From positions 1,438,480 through 1,462,479 of the forward strand of contig NZ_CP006019.1 in assembly GCF_000725425.1 (NCBI RefSeq): DNA of 24,000 nucleotides, read 5' to 3'. The DNA comes from Palaeococcus pacificus DY20341 (GTDB lineage Archaea > Methanobacteriota_B > Thermococci > Thermococcales > Thermococcaceae). Numbering within the stretch: position 1 is the stretch's first letter; each line of letters opens with the position of its first letter. A program made the position numbers and the translations under genes. Shown here in pieces: positions 1 to 10,235 of the stretch. The notes under the pieces were generated by a model. It was not told where the DNA came from. It saw nothing but the letters and a program-made list of their open reading frames with translations, and searched no databases.

Positions 1-15
1 ATCGAGTTAGAGAAT

Positions 16-56
16 GAAAAGAGAAAAGTGCGCAGAGATCGCTCTGCATAGCAGAG
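16..56 (-). terminator. Putative terminator of the mmd operon (hairpin(s) plus oligo-T)
   Basis: Read on the minus strand just after the mmdB stop (59-61). CTCTGC-TAT-GCAGAG overlaps GCAGAG-CGAT-CTCTGC (plus coords 32-56), followed by the T-tracts CTTTTCTCTTTTC (plus 16-28). Confidence 0.45.
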
Positions 57-58
57 CC

Positions 59-1186
59 TCATCCCAAAGCGCTCAAGAGGACACCAGCGGCAACGGCTGT
101 TCCAATAACACCAGCGACGTTTGGTCCCATTGCATGCATTAAGAGGAAGTTTCCTGGGTCTTCTTCACTTGCAAGCTTTTGGACAACACGGGCACTCATT
201 GGAACGGCACTAACACCGGCAGCACCTATCATTGGGTTTATTCTTCCTCCGCTGAGCTTCATCATGAGCTTTCCTAACAATACTCCTCCAGCGGTAGCGC
301 TTGCGAAGGCTACGACACCCAAGCCGAGAATCATGAGCGTTTTAACTGTTAAGAAAGCCTCGGCCTGCATGGTTGAACCGACACCAAGTCCGAGGAATAT
401 TGTAACGATGTTCATCAGCTCTTCCCTTGCCGCTTTGCTAAGCCTCTCCACGACGCCGCTCTCCCTAAAAAGGTTGCCTATCATGAGCATTCCAACCAGA
501 GGACCGGCAGCAGGAACGAGGAGGGTAATAATTATCATTGATGCAATTGGGAAGAGTATCTTTTCACGCTTTGAAACTGGCCTAAGCTGCTCCATTCTAA
601 TCCTTCTCTCTTCTGGAGTTGTTAGGGCTTTAATGACCGGTGGCTGGATTAGTGGGACAAGGGACATGTAAGAGTAGGCAGCTACAGCAGTGGCACCTAA
701 TAGGTGTGGGGCCAATTTGGTCGTTAGATAAATCGTGGTGGGACCGTCGGCACCGCCAATAATACCTATCGAACCAGCTTCTGCAGGAGTAAATCCTAAG
801 AGGATAGCTGTTAGCATAGCTATAAAGACACCGATTTGGGCTGCAGCTCCCAATAAGGCCGTCTTTGGATCGGCTATCATAGGACCGAAGTCTGTCATTG
901 CTCCAAGACCAAAGAATATCAGCAGTGGAACTATCTCGGTCTCAATGAGGTAGTGCTTTATGAGATAGAAAAGTCCGTGCGGAGGCTCTACTATTCCTGT
1001 CAAAGGAAGATTAACGAGGACGGCGCTTATACCTATGGGTAGGAGCAATAATGGCTCCATTTCTCTGTAAATTGCCAAATAAACGAGCGTCAAGCCTACC
1101 AATATCATGAGCACATTCCCTAGAGTTAGGTTGAGCAATCCCATGCCCCTAAAGAATTCTATGACTGCCTGCTCTAATCCGGCCAT
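59..1186 (-). CDS. mmdB: Na+-translocating decarboxylase beta subunit (methylmalonyl-CoA decarboxylase MmdB / OadB family)
   Basis: 375-aa polytopic Gly/Ala-rich membrane protein typical of the OadB/MmdB/GcdB family. It is the last gene of a co-oriented alpha-delta-gamma-beta cluster. SD GGGTGATGG lies just upstream of ATG 1186. Confidence 0.9.
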   Translation of the reverse strand: MAGLEQAVIEFFRGMGLLNLTLGNVLMILVGLTLVYLAIYREMEPLLLLPIGISAVLVNLPLTGIVEPPHGLFYLIKHYLIETEIVPLLIFFGLGAMTDFGPMIADPKTALLGAAAQIGVFIAMLTAILLGFTPAEAGSIGIIGGADGPTTIYLTTKLAPHLLGATAVAAYSYMSLVPLIQPPVIKALTTPEERRIRMEQLRPVSKREKILFPIASMIIITLLVPAAGPLVGMLMIGNLFRESGVVERLSKAAREELMNIVTIFLGLGVGSTMQAEAFLTVKTLMILGLGVVAFASATAGGVLLGKLMMKLSGGRINPMIGAAGVSAVPMSARVVQKLASEEDPGNFLLMHAMGPNVAGVIGTAVAAGVLLSALG

Positions 1187-1192
1187 CTTCCA

Positions 1193-1654
1193 TCACCCGA
1201 GCTCTATTAATAGCTGTCCTGTGTCGACGGTGTCGCCTTCTTTAACGTGGATTGTCTTAACCACACCATCCACCGGAGAAGGTATCTCATTCTCCATCTT
1301 CATGGCCTCCAAAATAAGCAAGCCTTGACCAGTCTTAACAGAATCACCCTCTTTAACAAGTACCTTCAAGATTTTACCGGGCATCGGTGCAGTAACAGCA
1401 TTCCCCCCGGCGGATACTTGGGGTTTTGGAGCTTCAATCGGAGCAGCAGGAACAGGAGAGGGAGCTGAAACGGGGGCGCTTGGAACCTGAACCTCTGCTG
1501 GGGCGTGCATAGCTGTCATTGGTATTCCCAAATCCTTAGCTTGAACTTCGTAGCTCTCACCTTCAAATGAGACTTTGAACTTTCCTCCACCCAATTCCTC
1601 AATTTCAACTTCATATGAGACTCCATCAACGATGACCTTAACTTTACCCTTCAT
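1193..1654 (-). CDS. mmdC: Biotin carboxyl carrier subunit (MmdC, gamma)
   Basis: C-terminal biotinyl domain with EAMKMENEI (AMKM biotin-lysine motif), preceded by a Pro/Ala linker (PSAPVSAPSPVPAAP). The ORF-track start (GTG 1681) lies upstream of the SD GAGGTGA. ATG 1654 (MKGKVKV...) is preferred and removes the overlap with mmdD. Confidence 0.85.
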   Translation of the reverse strand: MKGKVKVIVDGVSYEVEIEELGGGKFKVSFEGESYEVQAKDLGIPMTAMHAPAEVQVPSAPVSAPSPVPAAPIEAPKPQVSAGGNAVTAPMPGKILKVLVKEGDSVKTGQGLLILEAMKMENEIPSPVDGVVKTIHVKEGDTVDTGQLLIELG

Positions 1655-1674
1655 ACCATTCACCTCAACTATTA

Positions 1675-2058
1675 TCACCAATTTCCTAGCTCATAGTTAA
1701 AGTTCTCAACCTCTTCCATTTGGCTTTGAAGGCCATAAAGAGACCAGTAATCGGTAGGCTTCTTTTTAAATGGCAGCGGCCTCAGTTGGGCGTTCTTTTC
1801 TGCTACATAAGCTAAAATCGCGGCGGTTATAACGGCAAGCTTCTTTGGCTCAATTGATGGTGCTTCTTCTTTAACCTCTGGTTTAGCTTTCTCTTCTTTT
1901 ACTTCAACTTTCTTTGCTTTCTTGGGCAGTGTTAGGGCCTTTTCAACGTAGCCTATGCCATACATTGCCAAAGATAAGAGAATGAGGACGCCAAAGACCA
2001 CCGTGACGCCCAGCACAGTTATGTAGAGGCCTTCTAAGATGGCTTGAGTCGTTACCAT
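1675..2058 (-). CDS. mmdD: Small membrane-anchor subunit of the decarboxylase (MmdD / OadG-like, delta)
   Basis: 127 aa with one N-terminal TM helix (ITVLGVTVVFGVLILLSLAMYGIGY) followed by a Lys/Glu-rich linker. It sits between the carboxyltransferase and the biotin carrier. SD GAGGTG lies 6 nt upstream of ATG 2058. Confidence 0.7.
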   Translation of the reverse strand: MVTTQAILEGLYITVLGVTVVFGVLILLSLAMYGIGYVEKALTLPKKAKKVEVKEEKAKPEVKEEAPSIEPKKLAVITAAILAYVAEKNAQLRPLPFKKKPTDYWSLYGLQSQMEEVENFNYELGNW

Positions 2059-2068
2059 CTTTTACACC

Positions 2069-3637
2069 TCACAGTGGGATGTTTCCGTGCTTCTTTGGTG
2101 GGAGCTTAACGCGCTTTGAGCTCAGCGCCTCGAGGGCCATTATTATCTTACCCCTCGTCTCTGCGGGGTCGATAACGTCGTCTATGTATCCCCTTGCAGC
2201 TGCGACATATGGGTTGGCAAACCTGTCCCTGTATTCCTTAATCTTTTGCTGTCTAACCTCTTCGGGGTTCTCTGCACTAGCTATATCCTTCCTAAAGATG
2301 ATGTTAGCTGCTCCCTCAGGACCCATAACCGCTATCTCTGCCGTTGGCCAAGCGTAAACAAAGTCCGCTCCAAGGTGCTTTGAGCCCATAGCGAGGTAAG
2401 CGCCACCATAGGCTTTCCTCAGGATTATGGTTACCATTGGGACGGTTGCCTCTGCATAAGCGTAGAGAACCTTAGCACCGTGCCTTATGATCCCTCCATA
2501 CTCTTGTTGAACGCCGGGGAGATAGCCGGGAACGTCAACTAAGGTTACAATAGGTATGTTGTAGGCATCACAAGTCCTAACAAAGCGCGCTATTTTGTCC
2601 GAGCTGTCTATGTCGAGGACACCAGCGAAGTGAATTGGATTGTTCGCAACGATACCAACGGTTTGGCCGTTCATTCTTCCAAAGCCGACAACGGCGTTTG
2701 GAGCGAAGTACGGAAGTACCTCCAAAAAGTCAGGGTTTCCATTGGCATCTCTATCAACTATCTCATATATAACCTGCCTAACGTCGTAGCCCTTATTTGG
2801 ATCATCTGGAACTATTTCATAGAGCTTCTCACTCTTTCTGAAGGGAAGGTCGCTCGTTGGTAGCTTTGGTGGCTTTTCCATGTTATTTGATGGAAGATAA
2901 CTAACAAGCTTCCTAACCAAAGCCAACGCTTCCTCATCGCTGTTGGCTATCAAATGGGCTTGTCCGCTCTTTTGAGCGTGAACCATACCTCCTCCAAGCT
3001 GTTCTGGAGAGACCTCAACACCTGTAACAGCTTTGACGACTTGAGGACCTGTGATAAACATGAACGTTGCTGGGTTGTTCACCATAACTATAAAGTCTCC
3101 AATTGCAGGGCTGTAAACTGCTCCTCCAGCACATGGACCCATAATAACGGTTATCTGCGGAACAACGCCGCTCGCCAATGTGTTCATCTTGAATATGTCA
3201 CCATAGCCTTTGAGTGAGTCAACACCCTCTTGTATCCTTGCTCCACCGGAGTCATTCAACCCGATAATTGGAGCGCCTGCTTCCATTGCGAGCTCCATAA
3301 CACGCTTAATCTTCGCCGCGTGCATCTCTCCCAAAGAACCGCCCATTACTGTGAAGTCTTGAGAGTAAACAAAGACCAAGCGCCCATCGATAGTTCCATA
3401 ACCGGTTACAACACCATCAGCAGGGAGTTCTTTCTTGTCAAGACCGAACTCGGTGCCTCTATGCCTAACGAACATGCCTATCTCCACAAAGCTTCCAGGA
3501 TCAAGGAGCTTTTCAATCCTTTCCCTAGCAGTTAGCTTGCCTTTAGCGTGCTGCTTTTCTATAGCTTTCTCTCCACCCATTTGGAGAATCTTTTCCTTTT
3601 TTTCATGCAGTTCATTAACCTTCTCTTCCATGCTCAT
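2069..3637 (-). CDS. mmdA: Methylmalonyl-CoA decarboxylase alpha subunit (acyl-CoA carboxyltransferase, PccB/MmdA family)
   Basis: Full-length two-domain carboxyltransferase similarity (…DSGGARIQEG…, …MGPCAGGAVYSPA…, …AYGGAYLAMG…). The track start is a GTG inside the SD AGGTGAT, so ATG 3637 (MSMEEK...) is preferred. Confidence 0.9.
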   Translation of the reverse strand: MSMEEKVNELHEKKEKILQMGGEKAIEKQHAKGKLTARERIEKLLDPGSFVEIGMFVRHRGTEFGLDKKELPADGVVTGYGTIDGRLVFVYSQDFTVMGGSLGEMHAAKIKRVMELAMEAGAPIIGLNDSGGARIQEGVDSLKGYGDIFKMNTLASGVVPQITVIMGPCAGGAVYSPAIGDFIVMVNNPATFMFITGPQVVKAVTGVEVSPEQLGGGMVHAQKSGQAHLIANSDEEALALVRKLVSYLPSNNMEKPPKLPTSDLPFRKSEKLYEIVPDDPNKGYDVRQVIYEIVDRDANGNPDFLEVLPYFAPNAVVGFGRMNGQTVGIVANNPIHFAGVLDIDSSDKIARFVRTCDAYNIPIVTLVDVPGYLPGVQQEYGGIIRHGAKVLYAYAEATVPMVTIILRKAYGGAYLAMGSKHLGADFVYAWPTAEIAVMGPEGAANIIFRKDIASAENPEEVRQQKIKEYRDRFANPYVAAARGYIDDVIDPAETRGKIIMALEALSSKRVKLPPKKHGNIPL

Positions 3638-3682
3638 AAGAATCACCTGTTAGCTTCAATCTAAGCCTTTGTAGTTTGTAAA

Positions 3683-3690
3683 GTTTAAAA
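3683..3690 (-). promoter_or_regulatory. TATA box of the mmd operon
   Basis: Minus-strand TTTTAAAC about 46-53 nt upstream of ATG 3637, in the gap after the T-rich rtcA terminator. Confidence 0.45.
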
Positions 3691-3751
3691 GGGTTTTCAT
3701 GGCCGTAAAATGCTCAAAAGAATACAAAACAACATGAGAAAAAGTTCACTC

Positions 3752-5997
<2,246 letters not shown>

Positions 5998-6017
5998 TAA
6001 TACTAACTACTTCCAAA

Positions 6018-6025
6018 TTATAAAA
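6018..6025 (-). promoter_or_regulatory. TATA box for the 403-aa ORF / rtcA transcription unit
   Basis: Minus-strand TTTTATAA centred about 24 nt upstream of ATG 5997, with no SD in between. This fits a leaderless mRNA. Confidence 0.5.
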
Positions 6026-6058
6026 GGTTTTTCAAAAATGTGTCAAAAAAAGTTAAAA

Positions 6059-6571
6059 TTAAAGGCTCATAAAACCCAAAGGTTCTCCTGTTTCTAAGTT
6101 TAAGATCTTTATCTCTCTCTTTTGAGTGTCGATAAATGCCACACTTTTTATCCCGCTTACGTAGCCTCCCACTTCTCCAGGGTTTAGAAGTATCGTCCGC
6201 CCGAATTCGACTATTTCATACTTGTGGGTGTGCCCTCTGATGACTATGTCATAGAGCTGGCTTCTTGCAAAAGCACGCACTATTCTCTCATCCGTACCGT
6301 GGAGAACTGCTATCTTTATTCCATCTACATTCAGCTCTAAAATCTCATCCTCTACCCCCAAAGCTTGCCTAAGGCCTTCTTTTTCCCCATCATTGTTTCC
6401 AAAAATGCCTTTTAAAGGAGCCTTAAGCTTCGAGAGCTCTTTTTTAACGAAGGGAGCTACATAATCACCGCAGTGAATCACGAGATCAACACCCTCTTTG
6501 TTAAATAGCTCAACGGCTTTTCTAATAGCTGGAAGATTATCATGTGTGTCGCTCATAACTCCAATTAGCAT
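6059..6571 (-). CDS. MJ0936/YfcE-family metallophosphoesterase (phosphodiesterase)
   Basis: Calcineurin-like motifs are all present in order: SDTHDN, CGDYV, GNNDGE, LHGT, GHTH. The 170-aa size is typical of the MJ0936 subfamily. SD GGGGTGAG lies upstream of ATG 6571. Confidence 0.9.
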   Translation of the reverse strand: MLIGVMSDTHDNLPAIRKAVELFNKEGVDLVIHCGDYVAPFVKKELSKLKAPLKGIFGNNDGEKEGLRQALGVEDEILELNVDGIKIAVLHGTDERIVRAFARSQLYDIVIRGHTHKYEIVEFGRTILLNPGEVGGYVSGIKSVAFIDTQKREIKILNLETGEPLGFMSL

Positions 6572-6601
6572 TGGCTCACCCCGTGCGATAATAGTACCTT
6601 T

Positions 6602-6620
6602 GGCTTAATAAGCTTAAGCC
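6602..6620. repeat. Inverted repeat GGCTTAA-TAAGC-TTAAGCC in the phosphoesterase upstream region
   Basis: Perfect 7-bp arms (6602-6608 and 6614-6620) located 31-49 nt upstream of ATG 6571. It overlaps the only TATA-like sequence there (CTTATTAAG on the minus strand). Confidence 0.5.
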
Positions 6621-6925
6621 TCAGAGACCGGTGCAAACATAAAAGATTAAAACAGTTAAAGACTCCTCGAGGAAGAAAATTACAAGAAAGACCTAACCAA
6701 AGGACCGTGCTCTTTCTTAAAGTACTTAACAGAATGAGAGATAATAAACTACAAGCATAACCTCATTGAGGATGTGGCAGTGGAAATAATGAAGTTGTGT
6801 ATCATTAATGAGCTGCCCTAGGTTTTTGTTTAACCAAAATTAAGTTCTTTTTAATTTTTATTCGATTTAAAGTCTTTTGAGATCAAATGAAGGTTCTGGA
6901 AGAAAAGCAGAGAAAAAACAAAATC

Positions 6926-7684
6926 TCAAAAGAGTTGAATAAAATGTTCCTCTGAAAGTTTTATAGTGTAATGACGTGGCCTAAAGCTGGGAATCAAGGA
7001 TTTTGGAATTAAGATAGTCTCTTGTAATCCTACCGGTCCCATTTGCGAAACAAACTCTATAATCTGATCATTGAGGCTATAAAGCCAAGCACTAACATAC
7101 TCTGGAACAGCTTCTTTATTCAAAAGTGAGATTGTATTAATCCTGAGACTCTTTAATGGCTCTTTCTCAAAACTTGCAAGTGATGCCCTAATAATCCTAT
7201 CCATAACCTCTTTGCCAAATTCATGATAAATTCCTTCAATAGTAGCTACAAGACCTACAATCAGTGCATCCTTGGACAGTTTTGAAGCTAGTTCATAATA
7301 TATATTAATCAGCTTAGAGATTCCAGTATCATCGCTCCAATCTTCTATTTGGATAATATAATGTCTCTCATCTGGAATCCTGTATTTAGAGCCAAAAAGA
7401 TCAATTATGTAAAGATTGCCTGCTTCGCCTTCCTTTTGGATATCCAAGCCAACATAACTTGCCCTCAACTCAAGCTTTGAAATTGGTAAGGTGGTGTTAA
7501 GTATAACCCCCATTGCGCCGTCTTCTACTATGCTCTTAAATATTTTTATTCCAATTAGCCATCCCAATGATCTCCTGTCGTATGCGATCAACAAGTTCCC
7601 TCTGTTAACTAAACCTCCTCCCAAAGCAGAATCTATCTCGGACAAACCCGTTTTAACAATCTCCACGATTATATCACCCGTCAT
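6926..7684 (-). CDS. KaiC/RecA-superfamily (COG0467-like) protein with degenerate Walker A/B, probably ATPase-inactive
   Basis: The N-terminus VKTGLSEIDSALGGGLVNRGNLLIAY matches the archaeal KaiC-like lead-in (KTGIPGLDxxLGGGxPxGxxxLxxG). Where GxxGxGKT should follow, the sequence is DRRSLGWL. The expected Walker B strand reads ALIVGLVATIEG, with no acidic residue directly after the hydrophobic strand. Confidence 0.7.
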   Translation of the reverse strand: MTGDIIVEIVKTGLSEIDSALGGGLVNRGNLLIAYDRRSLGWLIGIKIFKSIVEDGAMGVILNTTLPISKLELRASYVGLDIQKEGEAGNLYIIDLFGSKYRIPDERHYIIQIEDWSDDTGISKLINIYYELASKLSKDALIVGLVATIEGIYHEFGKEVMDRIIRASLASFEKEPLKSLRINTISLLNKEAVPEYVSAWLYSLNDQIIEFVSQMGPVGLQETILIPKSLIPSFRPRHYTIKLSEEHFIQLF

Positions 7685-7835
7685 AATTTTCTTCTTTAAT
7701 TTACTAAAAGTTTTTTGTATACCCTTATAATACGGTTATAGATTCAAAAGAGAGTTCATTCTTTAACCTTTGTTATAAGTTCAATATGGCCATAACACAG
7801 AAAACATCTCTAAAATTTTCCCCCAGAAATGTTAT

Positions 7836-7912
7836 TGGTGGACCGGGCGGGATTTGAACCCGCGGCCTCTGGCTTGCGAAGCCAGCGCTCTCCCAAACTG
7901 AGCTACCGGCCC
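7836..7912 (-). tRNA. tRNA-Ala (anticodon CGC), CCA encoded
   Basis: Manual fold of GGGCCGG-TA-GCTC-AGTTTGGGA-GAGC-G-CTGGC-TTCGCAA-GCCAG-AGGCC-GCGGG-TTCAAAT-CCCGC-CCGGTCC-A-CCA gives 77 nt. It has the G3:U70 alanine identity pair and anticodon CGC. No intron. Confidence 0.93.
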
Positions 7913-7940
7913 GTGCCCAAACATACAAAGAGGGCTTGGG

Positions 7941-7949
7941 TTTTTAAGG
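7941..7949 (-). promoter_or_regulatory. TATA box of the tRNA-Ala gene
   Basis: Minus-strand CCTTAAAAA lies 29-37 nt upstream of tRNA position 1 (7912). Confidence 0.5.
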
Positions 7950-7974
7950 CTTTCGTCATAGGTTGGAGCATTGA

Positions 7975-9384
7975 CTATCTCCCAATAAATCTTCTTCTAA
8001 TGAGCATTACAGCTAAAAGAACAATCAGCACAAGCATTAGCCATGAGTATGCTCCCCTTTCCTCTTCTGGATAAGCAATGGAAGCAGTTTCGCTTTTAGT
8101 TGTGCTAATTTTTGTCGTGATATCATTCTTAAGCGTTGTTGTAGTGCTTTCCCTAAACACTCTCAGCTCTGAGGGATGTATCCCAGCTATGAAGCCCTCA
8201 ACTCCAAAGGCCCTCCCCGCGATTATGGCGGGGCTTAGCTCTCTAGTGGCGTTTGTGGGATAGGCGGTTTTTAGGGATACATTTTTGAGACGCATCTCGA
8301 ACGGCATTGTCGTGATTTTTATCTGACGGCTGTGGAGGGCGAACTTCACAGGCTCCACCATTATGTCCCTGAACCATGCTCTTTCGGAGCCCGCATATCC
8401 AGTGAGATAAATATGGTCTCTAACAACAACCATCTCAGCGTTTTCTCCTCCTTCCCCGCTTATCGCGACTCCCCCAAGATATTCCCCATCTCGACCAAAC
8501 ATGAGAAGGAAGCCGTCAACTTTTCCAACTACTTTCGTCATCATACCCCCGTCCGGATCCATGGAGTAGTCCTCGTTGTAATCGTATAACCCTGCCGCAT
8601 AGATGCTCCCGTTAACACAAACACTGTTGACCCAGCTCCATGTTCCTCCAAACTGTAGAGCCCAAGAGACGTTCCCATTGCTCATTACTTTCGCTAAAAA
8701 TGCTTCTTCATGAGCATAGCCTCCTATATACGCGTTTTCCCCGTCGGAGGCTATTGATAATGGCGTTCCATCTATAGAAACCGCCCACTCTGGCTCGAGG
8801 GTGAAGGTGAGCTTTGCTACCACCCCTTCCGATGAAGGCAAACCGAAAGGCCAATCATTCATGAAGGCGAAGGCAGCATATAGGCCATTTTCTGCGGGAG
8901 CTATTTTGACATCGGTGCTCCAGTTTACCCGAACGCCCTCAAGCCCTCCATCCTCAAGGCGCGCTATGAACGCTTTTTCTCCGTTGCCCGATACAAATAT
9001 GCTCTCATTCGCGCTCACAATGCTTAGGAGCTCCCCATCATCTCCCACCAAGCCCTTTAACAGCTCGCCGTCTTTGGAGAGCTCAACTATCAGAACTTTT
9101 CCCTTTAAGCTTCCAACCGCGTAGATTCTATCACCCGCTATTATAGCATCATTAAGATTAGCACCCTTCTCATCTATGAGCAGCCCCCAAAGCTCACTCC
9201 CATTAATGCTGAACTTCATTATAAAAGGAGCCCAATGACCTTCACTGTAGCCTACTACATAAAGCCCATCATAGATTTCTAGGTCTTTAACTTTCTCATT
9301 GCCTCCCGCATCAAAAGTCCTGATCCATGAAGCAGAGACAAAAGGAATTGTGAGAATGAGCAAAAGTGCGATAAGCTTTTTCAT
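7975..9384 (-). CDS. Secreted, C-terminally membrane-anchored beta-propeller (SBBP-like repeat) surface protein
   Basis: Sec signal peptide MKKLIALLLILTIPFVSAS. Seven spaced repeats of the xhYhxG type (LYVVGYSEG, IYAVGSLKG, IFVSGNGE, LYAAFAF, AYIGGYAHE, IYAAGLYDY, IYLTGYAGS). A Thr/Ser-rich stalk (ESTTTTLKNDITTKISTTKSETAS) leads to a terminal TM helix plus RRRFIGR. There are several N-x-S/T sequons. TATA (AAGTTTAAAG) and SD GGTGAG lie upstream. Confidence 0.7.
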   Translation of the reverse strand: MKKLIALLLILTIPFVSASWIRTFDAGGNEKVKDLEIYDGLYVVGYSEGHWAPFIMKFSINGSELWGLLIDEKGANLNDAIIAGDRIYAVGSLKGKVLIVELSKDGELLKGLVGDDGELLSIVSANESIFVSGNGEKAFIARLEDGGLEGVRVNWSTDVKIAPAENGLYAAFAFMNDWPFGLPSSEGVVAKLTFTLEPEWAVSIDGTPLSIASDGENAYIGGYAHEEAFLAKVMSNGNVSWALQFGGTWSWVNSVCVNGSIYAAGLYDYNEDYSMDPDGGMMTKVVGKVDGFLLMFGRDGEYLGGVAISGEGGENAEMVVVRDHIYLTGYAGSERAWFRDIMVEPVKFALHSRQIKITTMPFEMRLKNVSLKTAYPTNATRELSPAIIAGRAFGVEGFIAGIHPSELRVFRESTTTTLKNDITTKISTTKSETASIAYPEEERGAYSWLMLVLIVLLAVMLIRRRFIGR

Positions 9385-9458
9385 AATCTCACCAAACTTC
9401 GTATTAGAAGTAAAAATCTTTAAACTTTTTGATGGTTTTAAAACTAAAAAAGTTGAGT

Positions 9459-10223
9459 TCAGGGAACGGCAAAGCCCAATCCCTTTAAAATCATCCTCAA
9501 AGCGAGGATCAGCATGACCCCGGCGAATGCCCTCTTTAAGCTGCTCGCTTTAGTCCTCTTTGCCACTCTTGCCCCTATTTGCGCACCAACGATAAGGCCC
9601 GGAACCAATAACACGAGCCAGCTGAGCTCGACATTGCCCAAGAGATAGTGCTTCGTTGCTCCGCTCAAAGCTGTGAAAACGATGGCAAAGCTTGAAGTTG
9701 CAACGGCATAGTGAATCGGCAGGCCGAGGTAAGTGAGAAATGGAACGTTTATTATACCTCCTCCAACACCCAAGAGGCCTGAGGCTATACCAGCGAAGAA
9801 GCCCCCAATGGGCACGAGATTATAGTTAACCTCAACGTCCTCAAGCTTAATTTCACTCGGCTCCACTGTTTTTTTCCTATAAATCCTGACTGCTACGATT
9901 ATGAGCACTGCTCCAAAGATAGTCTTAAGCTGGGCAGGGTTTAGGAAGGAGGTTAGCCAAGCACCGATATAGGCACCAACCACGGCAGGAATGGCTAAGA
10001 GAATGCCCACTTTATAGTGAATCCTCTTTTGCCTCGAGTAGGCGATAGCCGAAGAAAGTGAAGTAAACACAACGGCCGCGGAAGATGTTCCAACGGCGTG
10101 ATGGATTTCAACACCCAAGAGGTTGAGAGTCGGGACTATCAAAAACCCTCCGCCAAGTCCGAACATAGCAGCCAATATTCCTATGAATATACCAACGAAA
10201 AAGTAAGACGCGTATTTAAGCAC
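9459..10223 (-). CDS. TauE/SafE (TSUP, DUF81) family anion-exporter membrane protein
   Basis: Two-fold internal repeat with the hallmark FGLGGGFLIVPTLNLLG and LGVGGGIINVPFLTYLG segments. GTG start, preceded by the strong SD GGGGGGTGAT. Confidence 0.85.
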   Translation of the reverse strand: MLKYASYFFVGIFIGILAAMFGLGGGFLIVPTLNLLGVEIHHAVGTSSAAVVFTSLSSAIAYSRQKRIHYKVGILLAIPAVVGAYIGAWLTSFLNPAQLKTIFGAVLIIVAVRIYRKKTVEPSEIKLEDVEVNYNLVPIGGFFAGIASGLLGVGGGIINVPFLTYLGLPIHYAVATSSFAIVFTALSGATKHYLLGNVELSWLVLLVPGLIVGAQIGARVAKRTKASSLKRAFAGVMLILALRMILKGLGFAVP

Positions 10224-10235
10224 TCAATCACCCCC

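Noticed and set aside
1421-1486. Apparent repeat in DNA encoding PSAPVSAPSPVPAAPIEAPKP.
   Set aside because: This is the normal Pro/Ala-rich flexible linker of biotin carrier proteins, not a tandem DNA repeat or a mobile feature.
6887-6955. 22-codon plus-strand ORF (MKVLEEKQRKNKISKELNKMFL) at the edge of the long spacer.
   Set aside because: It is very short, has no SD or TATA, and overlaps the 3' end of the KaiC-like gene on the other strand, within an A-rich terminator region.
6572-7835. Integrated-element att site: a second copy of part of the tRNA-Ala sequence flanking the KaiC-like gene.
   Set aside because: Scanning by eye found only a trivial 7/8 match (gatttaaa at about 6864-6871 versus gatttgaa in the tRNA). 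There is no extended duplicate and no integrase gene.
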